64,000 nucleotides of DNA from an uncultured Lachnospiraceae bacterium (GTDB taxonomy: Bacteria; Bacillota; Clostridia; Lachnospirales; Lachnospiraceae). The position numbers and the translations under genes were made by a program. The DNA lies in NCBI GenBank assembly GCA_964609025.1, contig CAZSQM010000005.1:35402-99401 (forward strand). The letters are read 5' to 3'. Positions 20,601-28,414 of the stretch are shown one piece after another. Position 1 is the first letter of the stretch. Each line of letters opens with the position of its first letter. The notes under the pieces are model-generated. The model did not search any database and was not told where the DNA came from. It saw only the letters and a program-made list of their open reading frames with translations.

Positions 20601-21330
20601 AATAGCGGTTTAACGCGCCCAGAAACTTAGGAATCGTGGTATTCGCGTGCTTTCCGGAAAGAATATCCTTTCCGTCCGCAAGCTGCCGAAACAGCTCCGT
20701 TTCATCAAACTTTTCCGCCGCCTCCAAAAACTCTTTCTTCCCGGTTTCTTTGTAAAGCTCGTACAGGCAGTCGTTCATACCGCCGTATTCCACCAGAAGT
20801 ACCCGCTCCCTCACCTCGTCCGTCCACGCGGACACACGGTGCCAGACCCACATACCGAGCTTTACCGCAACCTCTAACGCCTGCGGCAGCCCACCCAGCT
20901 GGTATGCGGAAAGAAGCCCCGCCAGTACCTTATGCATCGTATACCACGGCACCCATGCCGGCTCTCCGCGTTCTACGCGGTCAAACAGCTCCTCGCCGGA
21001 GGCAAAGAGATACCCGTTCTCCTTCTGGCACTCCGCCAGCTGCTGCACAATATAATCCAGCCGGTCGTAAATATCCTGTGCGCCGGTCGCCGCTTTTAAC
21101 TGCGCCAGAGCTGTCATATAGTGTCCTAAGGTATGTCCCGCAATCTCCGCGTCTTCCCAGCCGCCCGGATAACGCTCTGCCTTTTTGTCAAGGCCCGCCG
21201 TTTCACGAAACCCGGCAAGAAGCCTGTCGGAATCAAGGCTTCGCAGATACTCCTGCTCCTTGCAGAAGGCATTCTCCAAAACCGGCTCTGTGATTTCTAC
21301 TGTATTTAGTGCAAAGTTACGAATCAGCAT
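17668..21330 (-). CDS. Bitopic membrane protein with an N-terminal GH127-like (DUF1680, beta-L-arabinofuranosidase family) domain, a single TM helix, and a C-terminal extracytoplasmic region ending in a GH25 muramidase (lysozyme) domain
   Basis: GH127 hallmarks are present: GHTLGHYMTA, Cys ligands CNCETCNT and WCCTGTGMEN. The TM helix is GIFAGHLIGVLFLSALCYLFA. The GH25 motifs are GVDVSKYQ...AMLRLGFRG...GVYFF. 1220 aa. Confidence 0.65.
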   Translation of the reverse strand: MLIRNFALNTVEITEPVLENAFCKEQEYLRSLDSDRLLAGFRETAGLDKKAERYPGGWEDAEIAGHTLGHYMTALAQLKAATGAQDIYDRLDYIVQQLAECQKENGYLFASGEELFDRVERGEPAWVPWYTMHKVLAGLLSAYQLGGLPQALEVAVKLGMWVWHRVSAWTDEVRERVLLVEYGGMNDCLYELYKETGKKEFLEAAEKFDETELFRQLADGKDILSGKHANTTIPKFLGALNRYFALGESEAFYFKAAQSFFDIVTKNHTYVTGGNSEWEHFRAPGSLGKERTQCNCETCNTHNMLKLAEGLYFVTGEKKYMDFYERTFLNAILGSQNPETGMTTYFQPMAAGYFKTYSTPYENFWCCTGTGMENFTKLNGAIYHAGEDRLYVNLYLASVLHDKKLNLVLTQKTDLNHFDSVTFTLILEEPKRFTLCLRIPEWTNGRFELKIGGEPADYTVKQGYLLLDRSWETKEQISLRFFPEITLHPLPDAPYSAAVTYGPFVLAAGLEQSAMTTELTGVNVTIPTKNVPVREKILIKNISVREWFANCKKNFVKLEGETAFFLFGTDADGELLFTPYYKHYNDRYAIYFDYCAEAGLSDGELRELTKKQEKIAELAAAEAENAQSQAKPRRKQDKKTAKKKGRRAVGIFAGHLIGVLFLSALCYLFAEPVGKGFLRAKTSVDAFFVNKLPKAAKVFGISAKEPDTPAFAEQPGAEDEVRRYIENPEAYAASCGLPEGYRAFVTEIDEKEYICIEGEGLRVCYPNEVSEDGGKYVYLENADEKAVYFWDYSFDEPETLCPARGVYNASGAEQYAFFAADADKLRIVDAKTLQEYRILSYDKELALLADVGAYAEDGNELQIDTVIGGVSYLFSVPKTAGDFDIADYAIRSDEGLVYTLEEDGLRFDAYVVSSGAYLGKVVGKLTLSDHAYVLNRLDFYAYAEEDYGDVGGDSVIHGVTREEAGKERITVVGDLGEKLLIPIREELKENAYDPAGFVKDESGEYRYVEDGKTVSVKGVDVSKYQEKIEWDKVAASGVEFAMLRLGFRGMGTNGTCELDPYFKQNVEGALAAGIQVGVYFFTQATNVEEAKEEAAFVIENLRGYDITWPVAYDTEEITSYKAARANSLSREVRTACAKAFMDEIAAAGYTPVLYANTRWSILKLDLGQLSAYDFWYAYYGDSIYYPYDFTMWQYTHTGKVDGIKGNADMNISFVDYGAEK

Positions 21331-21423
21331 GGCTAACTCCTTTCCTCTTTCGGTAAGTCCGCTCCGTTCAAAGTAAGTTCAGTGTAGCAGTTACCTGTGG
21401 CAAAGTCATGTCAGCTGCCGATT

Positions 21424-23265
21424 TTATTCCGTGTCGCCGCAAAGGAATTCCTCAATCCACAAAAGACGCTCATTCAGCCATGTAAGCAGCGCCTCCGCCG
21501 CTTCTCTATGCGTATCGTAGGTAGCTCCGTAACTGAAATTGTTCCAGCCGCCGAAGCCGCCTCGGTTGCCGAAGTCTTCCATATTCCCCCAATCGCCCCA
21601 GTTCCCGAAGCCTTCCATATTCCCCCAATCGCCCCAATTTTCAAAGCCTTCCGTTCCCTCCGGAAGCTGCCACTCTCCCCGGTCGCCCCATGCCCCGAAA
21701 GCTCCAAAGCCTCCGTTCTCCGGTACTCCAACTTCTCCTTCGCCGTTTTCCGGCGGCTGCCATGTGCCCCAATTTTCCCAGCCTTCAAAGCCCTCTGCAC
21801 CCTCCGTTCCCTCCGGAAGCTGCCATTCTCCCCAGTTGCCCCATGCCCCCCAGTTGCCAAAGCCTTCGTTTCCGCCAAAGCCGCCCATACTGACAAGGCC
21901 GTCCCTCCAACGTGCATATTCCCGTTCAAACGCGCCCGCGTAAGCCTCCGTAAGTTCCGTTATCGAAGCCTTCATCCTTTCCACCGGACTGTCCTCCCCG
22001 GTAGAAATCTCCAGATAACGCTCCGCAAGCATTTCCCGGAACCAGTCGTATTCTCCCAGTTGCCGAAGCAGATGATAGATGTATACCGTATCCTCCGCTT
22101 CCGTATAACCGGTAAAATTGCCGTAAGCAAGGTCAAAATCCCACGGGGCACCGAACATCAGCTTTCCTCCCGCGTCCTTGTATACATAAACGCTACTGTA
22201 ATTGTTGTCAAAATCATTTGCAATCAGCTGCACCAGATACATATCCACCGCCGAAGCCAGGTCCACGAGCGCCCCTACCGCTTCCTTTGACTTTTCCCGA
22301 TAGATTGCATCGTACACCTGTATCATGTAGTTCTGAATATACGCCACCTGCTCCTTTGAACGTGCGTCGCTCTTAATCACATAAAATGCAGACGTTTCGT
22401 CAAAGGTCCGCTCCATCGGCATCTGCATGCTGTTATCCTTCTCGTTTGCATAGCCGGTAACGGCAAACCACGCTTCCCCTTCGGCGCCTTCTTCACTGCG
22501 GCGCGTACGATCCGCCTCCAGCTCCAAAAGATATCCAGTGTCCGTAACCGTTGCGTCCGCAACCCCGCTCTCGTCCAGATTGATACGTTCTTTTCCCACC
22601 TTCGTCTGCTCCGCCAAAAGATACAGACCGATATATTCGCCGTCCAGGTAAACCTCCACCAGCCGGCAATCCGTTGTATAAGAAATGCCCTCTAACTCCT
22701 TTGCAAACCGGTAGGTAATCAGATTGCGCAGGAGCGAAGCATCGTTAAACTCCGCTAAAAGCACCCAGCTTCTGTCTGCACCCTCCGAAAGCCCAAGTAA
22801 CTGCTGTTTTTCTTCAAAACGAAGCCGGTAGGGCTTCTTTTCATACATCTGCGTGCTGTTCCCGCGCAGACGGATACCCGCCGCCGCCTGTTCCAGTTCA
22901 TAGGCCGCCTCGCAATTTGTCACGGATACCGTGCAGTTCGTATAGCTTTTATCATCGGTAACTCCGGCTTTATTTTCCGTTTCTATAAAGATTAACGGTA
23001 CTTCTCCTTTATTTTCCTCCGTTCCGGCCTCGGTAGCTCCACCGTTTGCTTCCCGTACTGTTTCTTCCTGCTGTTCCGGCGGCTGACCGCCTTTTTCTCC
23101 GGCCTGCGGTGTTTTTGCCACCGCCCCTGCGTTTCCGCTTTCCGCGCCGACCACCTTCCCTTCTTCCGTAACCTTTGATTTCCGGTTTGCTACCGCGACG
23201 CCTCCGATCAAAAGCCCCAATGCGCTCACCAGTACCACTACCGAAAGAATCCTTTTCTTTCTCAT
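21424..23265 (-). CDS. CotH-like (atypical kinase family) secreted or anchored protein with a C-terminal G/W/N/E-rich tandem-repeat region
   Basis: Signal-anchor MRKKRILSVVVLVSALGLLIGG. The CotH-like core runs from ~120 aa (LIFIETENK...GIRLRGNS...) to ~400 aa. This is followed by GNWGDWGNMEGF / EWQLPEGTEG repeats. Confidence 0.6.
   Translation of the reverse strand: MRKKRILSVVVLVSALGLLIGGVAVANRKSKVTEEGKVVGAESGNAGAVAKTPQAGEKGGQPPEQQEETVREANGGATEAGTEENKGEVPLIFIETENKAGVTDDKSYTNCTVSVTNCEAAYELEQAAAGIRLRGNSTQMYEKKPYRLRFEEKQQLLGLSEGADRSWVLLAEFNDASLLRNLITYRFAKELEGISYTTDCRLVEVYLDGEYIGLYLLAEQTKVGKERINLDESGVADATVTDTGYLLELEADRTRRSEEGAEGEAWFAVTGYANEKDNSMQMPMERTFDETSAFYVIKSDARSKEQVAYIQNYMIQVYDAIYREKSKEAVGALVDLASAVDMYLVQLIANDFDNNYSSVYVYKDAGGKLMFGAPWDFDLAYGNFTGYTEAEDTVYIYHLLRQLGEYDWFREMLAERYLEISTGEDSPVERMKASITELTEAYAGAFEREYARWRDGLVSMGGFGGNEGFGNWGAWGNWGEWQLPEGTEGAEGFEGWENWGTWQPPENGEGEVGVPENGGFGAFGAWGDRGEWQLPEGTEGFENWGDWGNMEGFGNWGDWGNMEDFGNRGGFGGWNNFSYGATYDTHREAAEALLTWLNERLLWIEEFLCGDTE
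21540..21900 (-). repeat. Imperfect tandem DNA repeats encoding the G/W/N/E-rich low-complexity tail of the CotH-like protein
   Basis: Repeated units are visible directly, for example cttccatattcccccaatcgcccca twice. ccgttccctccggaagctgccaYtctcccc also occurs twice. Confidence 0.7.
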
Positions 23266-23509
23266 TTTGCTGCCCCTTTCCTGCCTTCTCGCTTTGCCAT
23301 CCGCCCTCCCGGTCTTGCACTCTCATCACGCGACGCCGGGTTCAAAATACGTTTCGCTACGCTACCATAATATACAAAAAATGTGAAAAATGTATGAAAA
23401 TGCCATTTATAAACCACATTCGAATACAAAAGGAACTTTGCATAGGAGAAAGGACTCTTCCTTCTATGCAAAGTCCCGTGATTGGAATCAACCGTTTGAC
23501 ACCTGAATC

Positions 23510-23550
23510 CTATAAAGCAAAAGAGCGCTTTTTCAGCGCTCTTTTGCTAA
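23510..23550. terminator. Rho-independent terminator downstream of xylB, bidirectional in appearance
   Basis: Perfect 13-bp stem gcaaaagagcgct / agcgctcttttgc with loop ttttc. Both flanks are T-rich. Confidence 0.6.
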
Positions 23551-23642
23551 TATTAAATCTTATTTTAACTCTTGTTTTTGCTGTTGTCCAGTACGCTTTC
23601 TGCAATCCGCAGAAAACTTTTAAGGGAATTACCTTTCCGGAC

Positions 23643-25121
23643 CTATACGGTTGCCACCGCATCAAAGCTCTCCTTTAATGCCGGATAGAGCTTTCTGAAT
23701 ACCTGATACTTTGCCTCGTACTTTGCAACCAGCTCAGCCTCCGGCTCCGTGGTATCCACTACCTTGATAAACTTATCTGCTGCTTCCTCTACGGATGCAT
23801 ACTCGCCACAGCCCACAGCCGCAAGGATTGCTGCGCCGTAGCCCGGGCCTTCCTCGCTGTTGATGATGTCTACCTTGACATTCATAATATTGGCAAGCAT
23901 CTTTCTCCAAAGCGGGCTCTTTGCACCGCCGCCCGTTGCACGGATACGGTCAATCTTTACGCCGAGGCTTCTTGCGATTTCAAGAGAATCGCGAAGCGCA
24001 TAGGTAACGCCCTCCAAAACCGCCTGGGTCATATCGGCTCTGGTGGTATCCATTGTCAGACCGATAAAGCAGCCTCTTGCATTCGGGTTGTTATGCGGGG
24101 TTCTCTCGCCCATTAAGTACGGCAGATAGTAAACGTGATTCTCACCAAGGGTCGTAATCGCCTTCTGCTCGCCTGCGTAATCCTTCGTTCCGATGATTTC
24201 GTCCATCCACCACTTGTTGGAGGATGCAGCAGAAAGCATGCAGCCCATTAAGTGGTACTTACCGTTTGCGTGTGCAAACATATGTAATGCATTCTGATCG
24301 TCCACCGCAAACTTATCGCATGCTACAAATACCGTACCGGAAGTACCGAGGGATACGATACACATGCCGTCCTTCGTCGTACCGGTTCCGATTGCGCCCG
24401 CTGCGTTGTCGCCTGCACCTGCAATAATCTTTACGCTCTCCGGAAGTCCAAGGCGCTCTGCCATTGCCTTTGTCAGCGTGCCGACCACTTCGTAGCTGTC
24501 GAAAATCTTTGCAAGCTGTTCTTCCTTAATGCCGCAGATTTCAAGCATTTCCTTGGACCAGCACTTATGCTCCACATCCATTAAAAGCATACCTGCCGCA
24601 TCGGAAGCATCCGTGCAGTGTACGCCGGAAAGAAGGTAGGCAAGATAGTCCTTCGGCAGCATAATCTTCTTAATCTTTGCAAAGTTTTCCGGCTCGTGCT
24701 TCTTTACCCAGAGAATCTTCGGCGCGGTAAAGCCGGTCAGCGCCATATTAGCGGTGTAAGAAGAAATCTTCTCACGACCGATGGTTTTATTTAAGTAATC
24801 GCACTCCTCCTGGGTTCTTCCGTCGTTCCAAAGAATGGCCGGGCGGATTACCTTATCGTTCTCGTCCAGCATTACAAGACCGTGCATCTGTCCGCCGAAG
24901 CTGATACCGGCTAACTTCGTTCTGTCAAGGCCCTCAAAAATCTCGGCAAGTCCGCTCTCAAACCCTGCGAACCAGTCTTCCGGATTCTGCTCGGACCAGC
25001 CCGGCTTCGGGAAAGATAAGCCATACTCGCGGCTTGCTGTCTTTACAATCGTACCGTTGCTCTCCATCAGCACAAGCTTTACGGAGGAAGTACCTAAATC
25101 TACACCTAAATAATACATCAT
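23643..25121 (-). CDS. xylB: Xylulokinase (FGGY carbohydrate kinase)
   Basis: MYYLGVDLGTSSVKLVL...; both FGGY domains are present. The start is at the ATGATG at 25121/25118, preceded by AGGAGA. Confidence 0.85.
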   Translation of the reverse strand: MMYYLGVDLGTSSVKLVLMESNGTIVKTASREYGLSFPKPGWSEQNPEDWFAGFESGLAEIFEGLDRTKLAGISFGGQMHGLVMLDENDKVIRPAILWNDGRTQEECDYLNKTIGREKISSYTANMALTGFTAPKILWVKKHEPENFAKIKKIMLPKDYLAYLLSGVHCTDASDAAGMLLMDVEHKCWSKEMLEICGIKEEQLAKIFDSYEVVGTLTKAMAERLGLPESVKIIAGAGDNAAGAIGTGTTKDGMCIVSLGTSGTVFVACDKFAVDDQNALHMFAHANGKYHLMGCMLSAASSNKWWMDEIIGTKDYAGEQKAITTLGENHVYYLPYLMGERTPHNNPNARGCFIGLTMDTTRADMTQAVLEGVTYALRDSLEIARSLGVKIDRIRATGGGAKSPLWRKMLANIMNVKVDIINSEEGPGYGAAILAAVGCGEYASVEEAADKFIKVVDTTEPEAELVAKYEAKYQVFRKLYPALKESFDAVATV

Positions 25122-25226
25122 ATCTCCTTTCCTGCACTTGCGTTTTCCACGTTTCACGCACTTGATTATTTTCGGAAACAAACACAAAGCACCTTAGTTT
25201 AATGATAACAATGAAGTGCGGCACTG

Positions 25227-26837
25227 TCAATCTTTTTTCGCAGAAAATACTTCCTGTATCATACTGTCATATAAATCCAGCCCGTAGCTGGTAAGCTCCG
25301 GTGCCTGCTCTATCATCCGGAAGGTACGCACTCCGTCCGCCTGCCGCTCCGCGGACAAAAAGAGCGCATGCTCCGGCCTTTTCTCGTAGCAGCTCCGGGC
25401 AAATGCCAACAGATGCGTTACCATCATTACCCGCACGCCGCATTCATACAGCGCCCGCGTAATATCCTCCGCAATCAGCGAGCCTTCCTTCTCCGTTGTG
25501 GTGGCAAAGGACTCGTTTAAAAGCAGAATGGAATCCTTCGACAGATGGTCGATAATACGCTCCATTCTGCCCAGCTCCTCATCCAGACGGCCGCTGTTCA
25601 TGGCACTGTCCTCGCGCCTTGTAAAATGGGTAAACACATTCCGGTACAGACCGCTTGCAAAGCTCTTTGCCGGTACATACATTCCGCATTGCAGCATAAT
25701 TTGTGCGATACCGATGCTACGGAGAAACGTAGACTTGCCACCCTGATTTGCCCCGGTCACCACCACAAGATGCTTCTCCTTCGCCGCTAACGTATTCACC
25801 ACCGGACAACGCAGACTGTAAAGCGCAAGGCTCATTTCCGCCAGTCCGTCAAAGCAGAAATCTTTCCGCTCCGACACCTCGGGGAAGCACAAATCTACAC
25901 CGATCCGGTGTACCCTGCGGTAAAGATTCGCAACTCCCATCAAAAAAGCCGTCTGTAAATACAGCTGTTTGAAAAAGAATTCTTTTTCCTCCAAAAACGG
26001 TTCAAAGTACCGCATCATCACGCCAAGAATCACATTTTTGATTTCACCGACATCCTGCATAAGATTCTGGAGTTCTCCCTCCAGTGCCGGCGCTTCCTCC
26101 GCAAACAGGCTGCGGCAAAAGCCTGTGACCTTTCCTGCCGCATGTTTCAAAAAGCCTGTTTTTACCTTCTCCGGCTCTCTGATATCACACAGGGTAAGCG
26201 CCGTCATGGACAGCCCCGGCCCGAGCGCCGCCGAAACCTCCACAATTCCGTCTACGGTAGACGAACGGATGTCCTTCACTACCTTTTTTAAGCATTCCTT
26301 ATAGTCCGGACGGTATTCTGTCAGAAAGTCCCCTGCAAATTTCTTCATTTCCTCCGTTGCAAACTCTTTTTTCCGGCTTCGGAAGACCTCCTCTATCCGG
26401 TCCAGATGATATACGATTCGTTCCAGATAGGTAATATTGGCCGTATGCTGTCTTCCCTGCTCCGTACCGCTTCCGTAGCCGCGCTTTTTCTTTTCCGCGG
26501 CAAAGCGTGACACTTCCTCTCCTGCCGCCTTTGCCGCCAGATACAATTCCTCTGTCCAGTCATAATCCGACACGGCTTCCCGGACCATCTGCTGTCTGTA
26601 AGATACCTCCTCCGGCGTCCGCAACGGCACCAGCATGACCCGTTTCATCACCTCCACCACATACTCGTCCCTTTCCCTGCGGACCTTGACCGCCTTCCCC
26701 CCGTCTTCGCCGTCATAAAGATTTCCTGCCGTTTTAAACACAATATCCAGATTCAGGTCCCGGCATATTTCCTCTTTATCGAAATAGCTTTCTTCCTTTC
26801 CCCATTCCCTGTCCTTATAAAGCAGTGTTACCTTCAT
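25227..26837 (-). CDS. MutS-like ATPase paralog B, with MutS domains III-V only and no mismatch-binding domain I and no Smr domain
   Basis: Walker A VVVTGANQGGKSTFLRSIG. The Walker B/ABC-signature region is LLLNESFATT. The start ATG overlaps the upstream stop as ATGA and is preceded by GGGAGGAG. Confidence 0.7.
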   Translation of the reverse strand: MKVTLLYKDREWGKEESYFDKEEICRDLNLDIVFKTAGNLYDGEDGGKAVKVRRERDEYVVEVMKRVMLVPLRTPEEVSYRQQMVREAVSDYDWTEELYLAAKAAGEEVSRFAAEKKKRGYGSGTEQGRQHTANITYLERIVYHLDRIEEVFRSRKKEFATEEMKKFAGDFLTEYRPDYKECLKKVVKDIRSSTVDGIVEVSAALGPGLSMTALTLCDIREPEKVKTGFLKHAAGKVTGFCRSLFAEEAPALEGELQNLMQDVGEIKNVILGVMMRYFEPFLEEKEFFFKQLYLQTAFLMGVANLYRRVHRIGVDLCFPEVSERKDFCFDGLAEMSLALYSLRCPVVNTLAAKEKHLVVVTGANQGGKSTFLRSIGIAQIMLQCGMYVPAKSFASGLYRNVFTHFTRREDSAMNSGRLDEELGRMERIIDHLSKDSILLLNESFATTTEKEGSLIAEDITRALYECGVRVMMVTHLLAFARSCYEKRPEHALFLSAERQADGVRTFRMIEQAPELTSYGLDLYDSMIQEVFSAKKD

Positions 26838-28405
26838 GCAACTCCTCCCTTCTTCAAACGCTCGCAAAGCTCCCGATAGCCCAGATGATGCTTTTCCACG
26901 ATATCCCCGGCATAGCCGGTTCCCTCCGGCTCCCGTCGTACAACCCGGAAGGTGCGCTTCCTGTGGTCCTTTTCATCCGCAAGCGCGACAAGGCTTACCA
27001 CGCCCTCGCACGCCTTTGTCAGTTCCGGGATATGCGTTACATAGACTCCGGTACAGCCCTGCTCCGTAAAATGCCGCAGCACCCGCTGCCCCATCACAAA
27101 AGCGTCGTAGGTCGCCGCCGTGGTAAACAGCTCGTTCAGAATCACAAAGCAGTTCCCGCATTCTTTCCGCAGCATCGGCTTTAAGCGCACCAGTTCTTCT
27201 TTTAATTTGCCCCGCCCGCTTTCCGGACTTTCTTCCACGGAAAAGTGGGTCAGGATTCCTTCAAAATACGGCAGAACCGCAGCCTCCGCTGGAACGTCCA
27301 GCCCCATCATGGCAAAATACACCAGCTGTCCGAGGCTCCGGGCAAAAGTTGTTTTTCCGCCCTGATTCGGCCCGGTTACAAGAAAGAAACGTTCCCCCTC
27401 GTTGTACTGTACGGAATTACATACTACCTCCTTTTCAGCCCACCGGTTCTTCCGCGCCAGAGCCAGGTCATACACCTGCTCTGCGGAAAACAATGCGTCC
27501 CTTTCCACCCGGGGCGTACAAAAACGGCAGCCGTGTCTTTCCATCTCCTCCTGAAACTCCGCAAAGGTCAGGTAAAACTGCAGTTCCTCCTCAATGCGGT
27601 ATACTTCTTCCTCTATGATGTTCTCGAATTTTTCGCAAAAGCCTGCAAGGGCATCGAAAAAATCCGGCCGCGCCTTCCGGTACATTTTCACAATTTCACA
27701 TTCCAGATAGCTTAATCTTTCCTGTGACGCAAAGGGTGCCGGCAAAAGATACTCCTCCGGTATCCCGTAAATCCCTTTTTTGTCCGTAAAACGCTCCGGA
27801 AACAGTTTTTTTAAGTATTCAAAATAATACTGCTCCTTCCCATCTGCCGTAACCCTTAAATTCTCTCCCGCAATTTCAAGCCGGAAGCGAAGTCCCGAAA
27901 GCATCTCCCTGATTTCGGAAATTTTCTTCCGGCACTCCTGCCACAGAGAGTTTTCCGAAAGCCCGTCCACATACGCCAAAAGCCCGGAAAGTCCCTCTGA
28001 CTCCGCTCCGTTTTCCGCAAGCGTTTTCCGCAAAAGGCATACGCCGTCCGAATACCCGCTCACCGCATAAAAAAAGTACATCTGCCGCTGCTGCACATTC
28101 TCCGCCTTACGGCAAAGCTCCCGGTACGCCCGCGCCTTGCGCATCATGCCGGAGAAATCTTTCAGTCCTCCCGCCAGCCCTTTTTGCCGGATTTCCCGAT
28201 AAATTCCGCGCCGGTAGCAGACCGTTTCATAGTCCTTCGGATAACGGAAATACAGGCTGCGAATAGGATATTCTTTCCCTTTCTCCTGCAGCTCCTCTAA
28301 AATCCGGTCCAAATTCAAGTCGGAAAAAAACGCCGGCTTCCCCGCTTCTTCCCTTTCCGCTTCATAAACCCGTTCCAATACACCGGAATACATAAGTCCC
28401 TCCAT
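26834..28405 (-). CDS. MutS-like ATPase paralog A, with MutS core/lever and ABC ATPase domains and no domain I and no Smr
   Basis: A MutS domain III-like SDLNLDRILEEL motif, Walker A LVTGPNQGGKTTFARSLG, and FVILNELFTTAATYD. It begins 10 nt downstream of the helicase gene. Confidence 0.7.
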   Translation of the reverse strand: MEGLMYSGVLERVYEAEREEAGKPAFFSDLNLDRILEELQEKGKEYPIRSLYFRYPKDYETVCYRRGIYREIRQKGLAGGLKDFSGMMRKARAYRELCRKAENVQQRQMYFFYAVSGYSDGVCLLRKTLAENGAESEGLSGLLAYVDGLSENSLWQECRKKISEIREMLSGLRFRLEIAGENLRVTADGKEQYYFEYLKKLFPERFTDKKGIYGIPEEYLLPAPFASQERLSYLECEIVKMYRKARPDFFDALAGFCEKFENIIEEEVYRIEEELQFYLTFAEFQEEMERHGCRFCTPRVERDALFSAEQVYDLALARKNRWAEKEVVCNSVQYNEGERFFLVTGPNQGGKTTFARSLGQLVYFAMMGLDVPAEAAVLPYFEGILTHFSVEESPESGRGKLKEELVRLKPMLRKECGNCFVILNELFTTAATYDAFVMGQRVLRHFTEQGCTGVYVTHIPELTKACEGVVSLVALADEKDHRKRTFRVVRREPEGTGYAGDIVEKHHLGYRELCERLKKGGVA

Positions 28406-28414
28406 TTCTTGACA

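Noticed and set aside
21540-21900. Repetitive DNA that could be mistaken for a CRISPR-like or VNTR array
   Set aside because: The repeats are imperfect and in-frame and lie within a CDS that encodes a low-complexity tail. There are no unique spacers and no cas genes. I found no CRISPR array anywhere in the window.
21397-22290. Plus-strand ORF of 297 aa and several other plus-strand ORFs of 60-240 aa (for example 18792-19508 and 19366-19932) lying inside the large minus-strand genes
   Set aside because: They encode Pro/Arg/Ser-rich low-complexity sequence with no motifs. They lie antisense to genes with clear domain signatures (CotH-like, GH127/GH25). They are shadow ORFs of GC-rich, repetitive coding DNA.
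23175-23678. Plus-strand ORF of 167 aa spanning the cotH upstream region and the xylB terminator
   Set aside because: It crosses a perfect terminator hairpin and the 3' end of xylB. It has no RBS and no family signal. It is spurious.
25227-28405. Whether the two MutS-like genes are simply canonical mutS and mutS2
   Set aside because: Both are about 530 aa. Both lack the N-terminal mismatch-binding domain (GxFxE) and the connector domain. Neither has the Smr domain that defines MutS2. They are treated instead as a distinct MutS-like pair; see the findings.
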